This document shows positions 1 to 11,816 of a stretch of 64,000 nt of DNA, piece after piece. Under the pieces are notes generated by a model. That model made no database searches and was not told where the DNA came from. It saw nothing but the letters and a program-made list of their open reading frames with translations. Positions within the stretch are counted from its first letter, which is position 1. Each line of letters starts with the position of its first letter. The DNA is from an uncultured Prevotella sp. (GTDB lineage: Bacteria; Bacteroidota; Bacteroidia; Bacteroidales; Bacteroidaceae): NCBI GenBank assembly GCA_916440255.1, contig CAKAIJ010000003.1:866263-930262 (forward strand), in the 5' to 3' direction. Both the position numbers and the translations under genes were made by a program.

Positions 1-1332
1 GCTTCGCTTATGGCTTCGTTTAGTTATACACTGCTCAATCGTTATACGTTTAATTTTACAACTCGTGCCGATGGCTCGTCAATGGTTGGTAAAGAGGCAC
101 ACTTGGGGCTTCTTTCCTTCTATCTCGGCAATATGGGATATGAAGAATGAAACGTTTCTTCGTGATAACAAGACGATTAGTTTGCTGAAGTTGCGTACGG
201 GTTATGGACAGTCAGGAAACCTTGGTGGAATAAGTTCGTATATGACCTTAAAACACTATGTTCCAGTTGGTTTAATACCGCATAATGGTACACCTATCGT
301 GACAATGGGAACTTTGCGTAACAGTAATTCTGACCTACGTTGGGAAAAACGTAGCACCTTTAATATTGGTGCCGACCTTGGTTTGATGAATAATCGCTTA
401 CTATTAACGGCAGAATATTATTATTCAAAGACTACCGATATGCTATATGAATATGACGTTCTGTTCCTCCTTTCGCCTTTGATAAGTTGTTGGCAAATAT
501 CGGTTCTATGTCAAATAGTGGATTTGAGTTAGGCTTCGGATTTGTTCCTATATCAAAGAAGGATATAGAACTCAATGTGAATGTTAATATGGCATGGCAA
601 AAGAATAGACTCCTTTCTCTTAATGGTAAGTTCAAAGGAAGGGATATGACAGCGTCTGATATAGTTTCAATTGGAGGCATGAGTGGTGCTGGTTTCCATG
701 GTGGTTACAGTGATATTCTTTATCAGATAGTGGGACAGCCGTTGGGTGTTTTCTATCTTCCTCATTGTAAGGGAATAGTGGAAAATGGGCATGGACATTA
801 TAAGTATGACATTGCTGATTTAAATAATGATAATGTGATAGACCTTAGTGATCATGGTGATCGTTATATTGCAGGACAGGCAACACCAAAGATGACCTTG
901 GGTTCAAACATAAGTTTTAGATATAAAGACTTTGATATTTCCTTACAGATGAATGGTGCTTTTGGGCATAAGATATTTAATGGGACTACTCTTTCTTATC
1001 TAAATATGTCTAATTTCCCTGATTATAATGTTCTTGCAGAAGCCCCAGCAAGGAATATTGTTGATCAGAACGTAACGGATTATTGGTTGGAGCGAGGGGA
1101 TTATCTTAATTTTGATTATCTCACAATTGGTTGGAATACACCTATCAGAAATAAATATATCAGTTCGTTACGTTTGTCTTTAAGTGTCAACAACCTTGCA
1201 ACGATTACGGGGTATAGTGGTTTGACACCGATTATCAATAGTTATGTTGTCGACAATACCTTAGGTATTGACGATAAACGTACTTACCCTCCATATCGTA
1301 CTTACTCTGTCAGTGTAAGTATTCAGTTCTAA
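1..1332 (+). CDS. susC: SusC/RagA-family TonB-dependent outer membrane transporter (C-terminal part; frameshift near 460)
   Basis: SusC-type motifs (WGFFPS..LKLRTGYG, NSDLRWE..TFNIGAD, ERGDYL, NNLATITGYSG, terminal YP..RT...SVSIQF) spread over ORFs 65..532 and 487..1332; truncated by the window start. Confidence 0.92.
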
Positions 1333-1360
1333 CATTATAAAATAATAATAACTGTCAAGT

Positions 1361-3036
1361 ATGAAATACTATCTTCGTCTTCTTTTATTTTTAAGTATTC
1401 TCACAATGACTGGCTGTTTGAATGAAAATAGCAGAGATAGTCTTGATGCAGAAATGGTCTACGTGACAGATAAAGATGTGTATGTTGATGCTGTTGCTAC
1501 CTTATATAATTATATAGGTGGCGACAAGGATAGTGAGGGCTTACAAGGTACTTATCGTGGAGTGTATGATTATAATACCTTTACAACCGATGAGGCTATT
1601 ATTCCGACTCGTGGTGGTGACTGGTACGATGGGGGATATTGGGCTGATTTATACACGCATAAGTGGGCAGTAGACAGTAAGCCACTTTATGACACATGGA
1701 AGTATCTTTATAAGGTGGTTGTCTTCTGTAATGAATCATTAGATACCATAGAGCGATATAAGCATTTACTGACAGAAAATCAGTATCAAACATATCGGGC
1801 TGAGGTGAGGACTATTCGTGCCTTATACTATTACTATCTTATGGATATGTTTGGGAACATACCATTAGTGACAACGATAGGTGAGAGTGAGAAAAATGCA
1901 GAACAGAAAGGACGTCCTGAGGTTTATAAGTTTATCGTCAATGAACTTCAAGAGGTCGCACCACAACTTCCTTCTGGACATAGTAACCATGTGGGGAAGG
2001 ATTATGGACGTGTTACATGTTCTGTTGCTAACTTCCTACTCGCCAAGCTAATGCTGAATGGTGAGGTTTATTCTGATGCTAATTGGACAGATAATTTCAA
2101 CCTAATGGAAGGGATATTCACTTTATTGTTGACGGAGTACAGATGAATATTTGGCAAGCCTGTAAGTATTATTGTGATAAGGTGACCTCCGATGGTTTCA
2201 CCTTAGCTACCGATTATCGTAGCAACTTTGCTGTTCATAATGAAACATCGCCAGAGAATATTTTTACAATCCCCATGGATAAGCACCTTTATAAAAATCA
2301 GTTCCAATATCTTTTCCGCTCTCGTCACTATGCACATGGTGGTGTCTTGGGGACAAGTTCTGAAAACGGTGCTTGTGCAACAATTTCATCTGTTAAAACT
2401 TTTGGTTATGGTACTAATGGCATTGACAAACGATATGGTTATAATCTCTATTCAGATACGGTGAGAGTGGACGGCAAGATTGTTTGTTTGGAAAACAATA
2501 AGCCACTTGTTTATATGCCACTCGCTGTAGAGTTAAATCTTACGAATAGTCCTTATATCAAGACAGCTGGTGCGAGAATGGCAAAGTATGAAGTAGATCG
2601 TAGTGCTTATAATGATGGTAGGAGTCCAGACAATGATATTGTTCTTTTCCGTTATGCCGATGTCTTGCTCATGAAAGCCGAGGCTGCTGTGCGTAATGGG
2701 GAAAATGGTGATAAAGAATTAAACCTTATTCGTAGTCGTAGTGGAATGGGGTATAGGGTTGCTTCGTTAGAAAATATTCTTGCAGAACGACTCATGGAAC
2801 TGATGTGGGAGGGATGGAGACGTAATGATCTTATACGCTTTAATCGTTTTCACCAGTCATACGATATTCGAATTGCGCCAGCAACAGAAACTGATCGGCA
2901 TACGATAGTCTTCCCTATTCCCTCACGTGTTTTGGATCTTAATAAGCGTTTGAAACAGAATATAGGATATACAGAGGCTATGGTCAGTTCTAATAGTTCA
3001 AATAGGTACGCTGCTGAATTGACAGTGATAAAATAG
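1361..3036 (+). CDS. susD: SusD/RagB-family lipoprotein (frameshift near 2100)
   Basis: Lipoprotein signal (LTMTGC), AEVRTIRALYYYYLMDMFGNIP, FRYADVLLMKAEA, ERLMELMWEGWRRNDLIRF, QNIGY; directly follows susC. Confidence 0.92.
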
Positions 3037-3480
3037 AGTTGTATATAATAAAGGTGTCATGGACGATGAATTGGAAGGGAACTTTTTTTCCTATTCAGTC
3101 GAATTGGAGAAGATTGTTAACGAAAAAGTGTTCCGTTAGCTTTCGTCTTAAATATGTTTTGTCCTTTTTTTTCAAAGTAGCGGTTTTTGTTAGCACTCTT
3201 TTTGACCTCAAGTAGGCGTTAATTACTCTCTAAAAGGGCATCTTTTGAAGGCTTATTAATGCTCTTTTAAGAGCTGATTAAGTATCTTTTAATTTGTGGT
3301 TTTGCAACTCTTTGATTTACTGGTAGTTGTGAGTTTGAGAGGTAATGGCTGTTTTTTATCTCATAGCAACAAATGATGGTTTTGCATGTAAGTATTTTTC
3401 ATAGTATAGAAGGAGAGTTTTTGGATTAGATGTTAAGAACAAAAAAAGATTATTTCAATACCGTTGTTAGGTAAAGAAAT

Positions 3481-4927
3481 TATTACTGTCCGCTAAACCT
3501 CTAACTTCTTCAGCTCATCCCTTTACGCATTTAGGATGAGCTTTTTTTTCTCTTAGACAAGCCCCCTCTATACATTTTTCCTCACATTGCGGAGGAAATA
3601 CCATGTTTGCTAAAGTATTTTTCCAATCGTTCTCAGGTTGTTCGAAAAAGGATTCCATATTGATATAGTACATCAGTACAATTCTTATCATTGTGGCTAA
3701 TCCCGAGAAACTCCATGACCTTTTTATCCTTCTCTGTACGATGAGTTTATTAGCAGATTTGCAAGAAAAACCATCCAAATCTGTATTTTTAATAGCATTA
3801 GTCAGTCTCCGTAAAAGTATCTTTAGCGGAAAAATTCTGCTTGACTTGCTTGAATAGTGACTCTATCTGCCACCTTTTTCCGGTAAATAGCCACTATATC
3901 TTGCGCATCCATCTCAAAGTCGTTGGTAAGCAGTGATATTAGTTTCGTTGTCTTATTCTTTCCCGTCTTCTTGTGGTCTAGTGTAGGTGACGATTCGTGC
4001 ATGATGTTCCACCCCCTTCTTTTTAAGGACTACCTCCTTGATATTGTATAAGAAACAGCTAGTCATCGTCTGTAATATTATACTCTATTTTACGAGTTGA
4101 TAAACAAGATTTTTCTTCATCTTTGTAACGTAGACAGCACCATTATGAGTCATCTGTTCAAATTTAACATAGTCTATGTAGGCTCTGGTCAATAGCTATG
4201 AATATCGTTCTTTGAATAATCCTGCGGTGCCATCATAAAACTGTCATGTGTGGCAGCAGAAGTGAATTGCATATCGTAAGGCACTCCTTCGTTGGCATTT
4301 ATGATGGTATGCACCTTTATGCCTCCTTTCTTCTTTTCCGTGCTTGGGATTACATGTCCCACACCCTTGAAGACGAGATTCGAAAACAAGGGAATAGTGG
4401 TAGAATCCATTATTTTCAGACGATTAAGCCAAGAATCCCCCTTGCCTCGTTGGCTGTCCGAGAAAAAGTGAGGTCACGATGAGCCTCAAGGACATCCATA
4501 TAGAGCCAACCAAAGAGTTCTTCAGGGCGTCTCTTATTGGCATCAGAGAGCGTACTACGCTTGGGTAAAAGTATCTATGCTTAGATGAGGTAGCTTTACG
4601 GGATTCTGCCAGCATAGAAGCTCAGTATCTCACGAAGAGAGTCGAAACGCATCACCACGGCATAGAGCATAGTTACCACGTGAGACCACATATCGAACTT
4701 CTTTACATACCGTTCGCCACCATGTTGACGGCTATAAGTGTTAATTTTGTTCTTGTCTAAGCATTTTTATTAACTGACCATATACTGGCTGTCCGAAAAA
4801 ATGTGTACTTTTGCTCATGTTACTTATGTTTTGTTGCAAAAGCAAAGGTAATTAAATGGGCTGATACTATGAAAAAAGTATCAGCCCAAATTTGTGAAAA
4901 TAAACAAAAGTTTAGCGGACAGTAATA
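3481..4927 (-). mobile_element. IS4-family insertion sequence, 1447 bp
   Basis: Perfect 18-bp terminal IRs TATTACTGTCCGCTAAAC (3481-3498) / GTTTAGCGGACAGTAATA (4910-4927); 9-bp direct repeat TAAAGAAAT at 3472-3480 and 4928-4936. Confidence 0.9.
3515..4818 (-). pseudogene. IS4-family DDE transposase, multiply frameshifted
   Basis: Starts MSKSTHF at 4818; fragments DSTTIPLFSNLVFKGVG..GGIKVHT..TSAATHDSFM and WSFSGLATMIRIVLMYY typical of Bacteroidota IS4 transposases; no continuous ORF. Confidence 0.85.
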
Positions 4928-5010
4928 TAAAGAAATAATCTTTTTTGTTAGATAGAATTAGGTTGTAATCCTATCAAGATAAAACCTGTGTTTTCTGAAG
5001 ATGTCTTTTG

Positions 5011-6414
5011 TTACATATCTTCTTGGAACAATGGATCCTCAGGAACAAGCATGGTAGGCTTCTGCTGAGCAGCTTTCATGATATTCTCAGGGACATATTT
5101 GTTTTCAATAACCAGTCGGAAGGTATACTCATTAAACCAAGCATTGGTCATAATCAGGCAACCATTTTGTCCATAAGATGCCCCCCATGAGTTTTCAACT
5201 TTCCACTTCTTTGGCAGCCCATTCTCATCTAAGTCTACAGCCGTAAGTGTCATGGCATGGGTTGAACCGCTATCGAAGGTAGAGATACGTTCTGCTTTAT
5301 TCATTGGGAAAGTGGTGCCATAAAGGGTTGCATAGTCGTAGTTGTTTATGTCAAGATAACCACGCTTGCGGTCGAGCTGCTTACCCACATCATAACTGGT
5401 GTACATCTTTGTAGAATCCTTTAATGAGGCGATTGCCATTTTTGCAATGTCTTCCATTGGAAGATTGAGATATTTCCAGTTATGGCCATCGTATGTATGG
5501 CGATCATACTCGATTTCGTAGGTCTTATAGTATGGACGACGTGGGTCGTTCATTGCCATAATAAATGTTCCGTTAAGCGGACCTCCTACTGTTTCTTTAT
5601 AGAACTCTTGTGGAGTGTAAGTTTTTGCTTTGCTAATTTGTTTGCCGTTTTTATCCTTAAAAGCAAAGGTAAACTTTTTTACAGGTTCGCCCAAAGAAAG
5701 TGTGAGGATATGATAGATGTTAGCTAACATCTCTGTTTTGCGTATCTTGATAGCAGCTTTCGATTTCTTGTCGGCTACCATTTTTCGAAGTTCCAGTCCA
5801 TACTCACGAAGTTTTGAAGAGACAATCTTTGCCATGCGTGAGGTGTTTTCGGCCGAGTAGGTCTCTGGCATAGCTTCCATAGGTACAACTCCGTACTTGT
5901 CTACTAAGTCGGAAACACCGCAGAAAGTACCACCATCACTGATAGGATTCTTAAAGAAAAATTGTACACGTGGGTCGTCTAAGGGTTTACCTGCATTATC
6001 AATTACACCTTGCAACATTAGGTTTGCCTTTTCTAACTGGTCATAAAAAGAGAGGTAGACGTGTGAAAACTCCACTTTCAGTGTGTCTTTATGTTGACGT
6101 GCAAAGTTAGAACGCAACACGTTAAGTCCTGTAAAGAGCCAGCATCGTCCAGAACTTTTCTGATCTTGGATGTTCTGCTTCGGTGTTTCCACGCTGAAGT
6201 AGGTGTCTACTGGGCCAGAATTACGGAAGTTAAAGGCAAGGTCGTCAATTGAATTAGTGGCAATTGCATTTGATAATGCACGATCGGATGTTGTTAATCC
6301 AGATTTCTGAATCTGTTGTAACATCTGTAAGTCTATACCACCATCTTTCGTTTGTGCGTGAAGTGTGAGTACGCAACTCAACAAGCCACAGGCAATAAAC
6401 ATATTTCTTCTCAT
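5011..6414 (-). CDS. pepC: Aminopeptidase C / bleomycin hydrolase-like cysteine peptidase (C1B) with signal peptide
   Basis: QKSSGRCWLF catalytic Cys, THAM His, KVENSWG Asn. Confidence 0.92.
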   Translation of the reverse strand: MRRNMFIACGLLSCVLTLHAQTKDGGIDLQMLQQIQKSGLTTSDRALSNAIATNSIDDLAFNFRNSGPVDTYFSVETPKQNIQDQKSSGRCWLFTGLNVLRSNFARQHKDTLKVEFSHVYLSFYDQLEKANLMLQGVIDNAGKPLDDPRVQFFFKNPISDGGTFCGVSDLVDKYGVVPMEAMPETYSAENTSRMAKIVSSKLREYGLELRKMVADKKSKAAIKIRKTEMLANIYHILTLSLGEPVKKFTFAFKDKNGKQISKAKTYTPQEFYKETVGGPLNGTFIMAMNDPRRPYYKTYEIEYDRHTYDGHNWKYLNLPMEDIAKMAIASLKDSTKMYTSYDVGKQLDRKRGYLDINNYDYATLYGTTFPMNKAERISTFDSGSTHAMTLTAVDLDENGLPKKWKVENSWGASYGQNGCLIMTNAWFNEYTFRLVIENKYVPENIMKAAQQKPTMLVPEDPLFQEDM

Positions 6415-6605
6415 TGTCTTCTTAATAATATTAAGTTGAAGGGTTACGAAAAACTTATTTTCTACAAAGATACTATTTATTTCCCATTAATACTTGTATT
6501 AAAGTCAGAAAAACAACATGAACATTATTAAAAACATTAAAACTATATAGACTTACAATGTAGTATGTTTATGAATATTATTGCGTTTGTATAATGTTTA
6601 TTCAA

Positions 6606-7254
6606 TCATTTTAGTAATTTCATTTTGTTTGTTATCATAGTATAGGTTTCAACTGATACCTGTTTGCCACGTAGAGAACGTACTCGAGGAAAACTTCGGA
6701 AATATTCATCTTGTGTTTGGTACCAAGCATGATGGGTTATATCATGGCTTCTTGCGATGGTTTGGGACAACTTTCCAGCAGCAGTGGGATTGACTGAAGA
6801 GAGGAAATATTCGCCGTCTTTCGTTACTATGGCAAGTATAAGGTAGCTTCTTGGGGGGTTGTTGTGCCTGAGGTCTGAGGTTGCGTGTACGTACGGAGAT
6901 AGTGATGTGCCTGCCGAAAGTACGATTAATTTTGTCCATCATACCACGAAAGACAACACCATGTGAAGATGTATCTTTCAGTCCTGTATAAGCAATAGAG
7001 TAGTGTATCATTTCGTGGATAAGTATATCGTCTATTTGTTCTGTCGTCAGTTTGTAATAACTGGAAATGGAAATGGTGTAGTCATAGAATTTTGTACGTC
7101 CCCAACTCATTTTTCTTTTGCATGCCATCTGTCCTAACCGTGTCTTAGCATGCGACCATCTCAGCTTTGGTAGGGGTAGTTTCCCATCAAATATAAGGTT
7201 GTTGTAATGCTCAAAAGCTTGTCGAAGGTAATCTACTGTAAGTTCTGTGTTCAT
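6606..7254 (-). CDS. SprT-like zinc metalloprotease (frameshift near 6850)
   Basis: HEMIH motif plus HGVVF; alternative frame continues YLILAIVTKDGEYFLSSV...RVRSLRG to a stop at 6606. Confidence 0.8.
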
Positions 7255-7284
7255 TGGAAGGGTAGTGCAAGGCTTAAATAAATA

Positions 7285-7313
7285 TAGGGACAGACGGTTC
7301 CGTCTGTCCCTAC
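7285..7313 (-). repeat. GTAG-type REP-like palindrome
   Basis: Minus strand GTAGGGACAGACGG-AA-CCGTCTGTCCCTA: perfect 13-bp stem beginning in a GTAG tetranucleotide. Confidence 0.6.
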
Positions 7314-7340
7314 ACGTCTGTTATTTCTTGTTCTTGGATT

Positions 7341-8207
7341 TCAATAGAAGAGTGTTAGCGTATAAAGATACACGACAGCTGCTGGTATTGACAAGAGTGA
7401 TGAGTCAAAGCGATCGAGCATGCCACCATGACCCGGTAGAATGTTGCCGCTATCCTTAACGCCAAGCGTACGTTTAAGAAGACTCTCTACGAGGTCGCCC
7501 CAAGTTCCGAAGACTACTACAACGAGTCCAAGTCCTACCCATGCAGGGATGCTTAGCATGTGAGGTGTAGCATTGATGTTCGCAAAGTATCCGATGACAC
7601 CAGCCACAACGAGAACGAGAATACCACCACCAATGCTTCCTTCCCAACTCTTCTTAGGACTGATACGTGGGAAGAGTTTATGCTTACCGAGGAGCGTTCC
7701 ACAGAGATAAGCACCAGTGTCGTTTGTCCAAAGGAAGATGAATATACTCAATGGAAGGAGAAAGTCGAAGGTTGTCTGTCCACCATCTACTTGCTGGAAA
7801 GCCAGTACGTTTATCATAGAAAAAGGCAGTGCGATATACATCTGTCCTAACATTGTGTATGCCCAGCTATTGATAGGGTTCTCATTTTTTAGATACAACT
7901 CTGCAACTAATAGGTAGAGGATAGTCAGAATATAGGGTATAAAGATGATGAACCCCTCCGTCGGCATTAGTCGCAGTGCCGCAACCGATAGAAAGAAATA
8001 AACTCCTGCTATGGTTGAGATGAAACGATTGACTTTCACCTCCTTAATATTATTCACCAGTCCAGTGTACTCCCAGATGGAAAGTCCCGTGATGAGTGCA
8101 AAAAGAGCTATCAAACTGTGAGGGTGAAGAATGCTCAACACCATTACCGTGACGAAGAAAACGCCTGTAACAGCTCTGACAATCAAGTTTTTAAGTTTAT
8201 CACTCAT
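7341..8207 (-). CDS. cdsA: Phosphatidate cytidylyltransferase
   Basis: DTGAY, SPKKSWEG, GDLVESLLKR..VKDSGNILPGHGGMLDRFD. Confidence 0.96.
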   Translation of the reverse strand: MSDKLKNLIVRAVTGVFFVTVMVLSILHPHSLIALFALITGLSIWEYTGLVNNIKEVKVNRFISTIAGVYFFLSVAALRLMPTEGFIIFIPYILTILYLLVAELYLKNENPINSWAYTMLGQMYIALPFSMINVLAFQQVDGGQTTFDFLLPLSIFIFLWTNDTGAYLCGTLLGKHKLFPRISPKKSWEGSIGGGILVLVVAGVIGYFANINATPHMLSIPAWVGLGLVVVVFGTWGDLVESLLKRTLGVKDSGNILPGHGGMLDRFDSSLLSIPAAVVYLYTLTLFY

Positions 8208-8221
8208 AACAATATTTTTGT

Positions 8222-10252
8222 TTATAAATCACTTGCCTTATCGCTACCTTCCTTTCGGATTCTCGCTTCGTGTTCGGCCTGTGCTTTTTAACCTTCTCTG
8301 GCATATCCTCTAATTTTGGATGAGAGTCTTTTTCTTGGGCAAGTAACTCTTGTGTGCGGCTTACCCACGGACGTTTTCCAAATATTTCTTCAACGTCTTC
8401 TACCATGATTACCTCACGTTCAATAAGAATTTGTGCCAAGCGATTATGACCTTCTTTATGTTCTGTCAGAATTTGTTTTGCACGATCATATTGTCCGTTA
8501 ATCATTTTCAGAACTTCCTCGTCGATAGTCTTAGCTGTTGTGTCAGAGTATGGTTTCTGGAAGTTATACTCATCATTATTATAATAGCAGATGTTTGGTA
8601 ACTTCTCACTCATACCTGCATAGGCAATCATACCGTATGCACTCTTTGTCGCACGTTCGAGATCGTTCATCGCACCAGTTGATATATGACCGGTAAAAAG
8701 TTCTTCTGCTGCACGACCACCAAGTAGTGAACACATTTCGTCAAGCATCTGTTCCTTAGTTGTAATAGGACGCTCTTCGGGTAGATACCATGCTGCACCA
8801 AGTGCCTGACCACGTGGAACGATGCTCACTTTAACCAGTGGGTTTGCATGCTCGCAGAACCAACTGATGGTTGCGTGACCAGCTTCGTGAAGAGCAATCG
8901 TGCGCTTTTCATCAGCTGTCAATATCTTAGTCTTCTTCTCTAAACCGCCAATAATGCGGTCTACGGCATCAAGGAAGTCTTGCTTTGTTACCTCTGTGCT
9001 GTCGTGACGAGCTGCTATCAATGCGGCCTCGTTACAAACATTGGCAATATCAGCACCTGAGAAGCCAGGCGTCTGGCGTGCAAGGAGGTCGATGTCGAGG
9101 TTCTTCTCCAGTTTCAGATTGCGCATGTGAACGAGGAAAATTTCCTTACGCTCAGGCAAGTCGGGTAGGTCTACATGTATTTGACGGTCGAAACGTCCAG
9201 CACGAAGAAGTGCTTTGTCAAGCATATCAACACGATTAGTTGCAGCAAGAACGATAACTCCCGAGTTTGTTCCGAAGCCATCCATCTCGGTAAGAAGTGC
9301 GTTGAGCGTATTCTCACGTTCATCATTTCCTCCCATAGATGGGTTCTTTGAGCGTGCGCGTCCAACAGCATCTATCTCGTCAATAAAGATAATACATGGT
9401 GACTTCTCCTTAGCCTGATGGAATACATCACGCACGCGACTGGCACCAACTCCCAACAAACATTTCAACGAAGTCTGAACCACTCATAGAGAAGAAGGGT
9501 ACACCTGCTTCGCCTGCAACTGCCTTTGCCAAGAGGGTTTTACCCGTTCCTGGAGGACCAACAAGCAGGGCTCCCTTAGGTATTTTACCACCCAAGTCTG
9601 TGTATTTCTTAGGGTTCTTCAAGAACTCTACAATCTCTTGCACTTCTTGTTTAGCACCAGTCTGACCTGCAACATCTTTGAAGGTGATACCCATTTCGTT
9701 AGCTTTTTCATAGAGCTTTGCCTTAGATTTGCCAACACTAAAGACGTTTCCGCCTCCAGCTCCGCCTCCACCTAAGCGGCGCATGAGGAAATACCAGATG
9801 GCAAAGAATATAAGCCATGGGGCAACAGAACTTAGGATGTCAAGAATGGTGTTGTCTGACTTGTTTTCATAACTATAACTTATAATTTTCTTTTCAGTTA
9901 CAGCTTGATCGAGGAAGGTTTCTACTTTGTCAACCGAACCTATTTGTACGGTAACATAAGGAGCGGTTCCCACTTCCTTAGTGCCTTTTTTGAAAATGTC
10001 ACGGATATGGTCTGGTGTTACGTACATACGTAGGGTATTGTCACTCTTATTGACAATCACCTTTGTGGCATATCCTTTATTAACGTATTGTTTGAAAGTG
10101 GTGTAGTCTTTATCTATGCCTGCGCTTGATTGTAAAAAACTATTTCCACCAGCAAAAAACACTACAACGAGGGCAATAATAACGAATATGTAGAGCCAAT
10201 TCATATTGAATTTGGGCATATTCGGTTTGTTCTTCGGGTTTGAATTGTCCAT
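8222..10252 (-). CDS. ftsH: ATP-dependent zinc metalloprotease FtsH (frameshifts near 9452 and 8290)
   Basis: Two TM segments, [27 protein letters not shown] across ORFs 9428..10252 and 8200..9483. Confidence 0.95.
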
Positions 10253-10301
10253 TTTGATGTCTGTTTATTATATAAATAAGGTCGATTACCAAGTAACTTT
10301 A

Positions 10302-10661
10302 TCAGTCTAAATCTGGCAAAGTGGTTAATTTGGCATCCTCCCAGAGATGTTCTATATCATAGAATTCGCGTGTCTCTGGGGTGAATATGTGGACGATAAC
10401 ATCCGCATAATCAATTGCCACCCACTGTGCATTGCCAAGTCCTACACAATTAATAGGCTTTTCGCCAATAGTTTCACGAACGTAGTCGCTTACCGAGCCA
10501 GCAATAGCCTCTACTTGTTGTGTGGAGTTTCCTTGACATATAACGAAATAGCGACAGATAGTACCATCGATCTCTGTTAGGTCTGCAATAACTATGCCAT
10601 GTCCCTTCTTATCTTGAATACCTTGTGTTATAAGTTCTACTAAATTTTTTTGTTTTTCCAT
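10302..10661 (-). CDS. rsfS: Ribosome silencing factor
   Basis: DKKG..I, WVAIDYADVIVHIF..REFYDIEHLW. Confidence 0.95.
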   Translation of the reverse strand: MEKQKNLVELITQGIQDKKGHGIVIADLTEIDGTICRYFVICQGNSTQQVEAIAGSVSDYVRETIGEKPINCVGLGNAQWVAIDYADVIVHIFTPETREFYDIEHLWEDAKLTTLPDLD

Positions 10662-10899
10662 TAAATAACATTATAATATGTGAACTGCAAAGGTAGCGTA
10701 AAAGGAATGAAGGACAAAATAAATTTTTGTTTTATTTAGTAATTTGTTTCTACTGGACCACATTGTCTTATTTAGCGTATTAATAACTATCTTGTAGAAG
10801 ATTTTTGTTGGTTTCATTAAAAAAGTCGTAAGAAATTTTGGTGGTTCAAGAAAAAGTGCTAACTTTGCAATCGCAATTCAGAAATGAGTTGTGAGTTAG

Positions 10900-10970
10900 T
10901 GGGATATGGTGTAATGGTAACACTACAGATTCTGGTCCTGTCATTCCTGGTTCGAGTCCGGGTATCCCAA
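10900..10970 (+). tRNA. tRNA-Gln(CTG)
   Basis: TGGGATA..TATCCCA acceptor, anticodon loop TT-CTG-GT, GTTCGAG T loop; upstream TAACTTTG promoter element; CCA not encoded. Confidence 0.95.
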
Positions 10971-10976
10971 CAGAGT

Positions 10977-11007
10977 GAGAGAGTTGATACTTCAACTCTC
11001 TTTTTTT
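10977..11007 (+). terminator. Intrinsic terminator after tRNA-Gln
   Basis: GAGAGTTGA-tact-TCAACTCTC followed by a T run. Confidence 0.8.
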
Positions 11008-11039
11008 ATTTAGTAACTTAAATATTTACCTAATAAGAG

Positions 11040-11426
11040 ATGAAAAAGTTTTTTACAGCCATTTTGGCAGCATTTGGGATAGGTATGGGTGCGTGTGCGC
11101 AAAACCATTATGAGAATGTAGATGTTGATCGTTTTGAGCAAATCATTAAGTCTGATTCTGTTCAGCTACTTGATGTACGTAAGCTGGATGAGTTTACAGA
11201 GGGACATATTTCTGGTGCATTGAATATAGATGTTCTGACAACTTCTTTTCTTTCTAATGCTCTTTCTAAACTTGACAAGAAGCGTCCTTGTGCCGTTTAT
11301 TGTCGTTCAGGAAAGCGTTCGGCAATGGCAGCGGCTCTTCTTGCCAAGGAGGGATTTACTGTCACCAATCTTTTGGGTGGTATCATTGCGTGGACTGATG
11401 CAAAGAAGGTGGTTGTAAAGGAATAA
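11040..11426 (+). CDS. Rhodanese-like domain protein with signal peptide
   Basis: LLDVR, GHISGA, VYCRSGKRS, LLGGIIAW. Confidence 0.9.
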   Translation: MKKFFTAILAAFGIGMGACAQNHYENVDVDRFEQIIKSDSVQLLDVRKLDEFTEGHISGALNIDVLTTSFLSNALSKLDKKRPCAVYCRSGKRSAMAAALLAKEGFTVTNLLGGIIAWTDAKKVVVKE

Positions 11427-11494
11427 ATACAACCGTATTTGAGTAGGGTTTTATCACAAATCGTTCATTATATCCTAAACATTTTTTGTTTTTA

Positions 11495-11580
11495 TTTGCT
11501 GTCACTTTTAACATTCTTCGTAATGTGCTTATTATTAAGTATTTATGTTGCATGTCAGACTGACAGTAGTGACAGCAACT
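11495..11580 (+). repeat. ~86-bp TGTCA/TGACA dispersed repeat, copy 1
   Basis: TTTGCTGTCACTTTTAACA...TGACAGTAGTGACAGCAA; related copies at 27774, 54611, 57836. Confidence 0.75.
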
Positions 11581-11816
11581 TTCAAACTCATGTCGCTCTT
11601 CAGTGACTACTATTGTATATTATGCTCGACAAGAAAATAAAAGAGGTTAGGAAATAATAAAAGCGATTTTGGGAATATCGTTGGCTAATGACCAATTGGG
11701 ATTTAATTAGAAAAAAAGAAAGGGGTAATTCTTTATAGAATTGCCCCTTTTATTGATTTAGTTCTTCTTCAATCAATTCATAGATTATTATGAATAGGAT
11801 TGATAGAAGATTTGCT

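Noticed and set aside
2970..3036. SusD C-terminal extension beyond QNIGY
   Set aside because: Short, featureless and possibly due to a lost stop or indel
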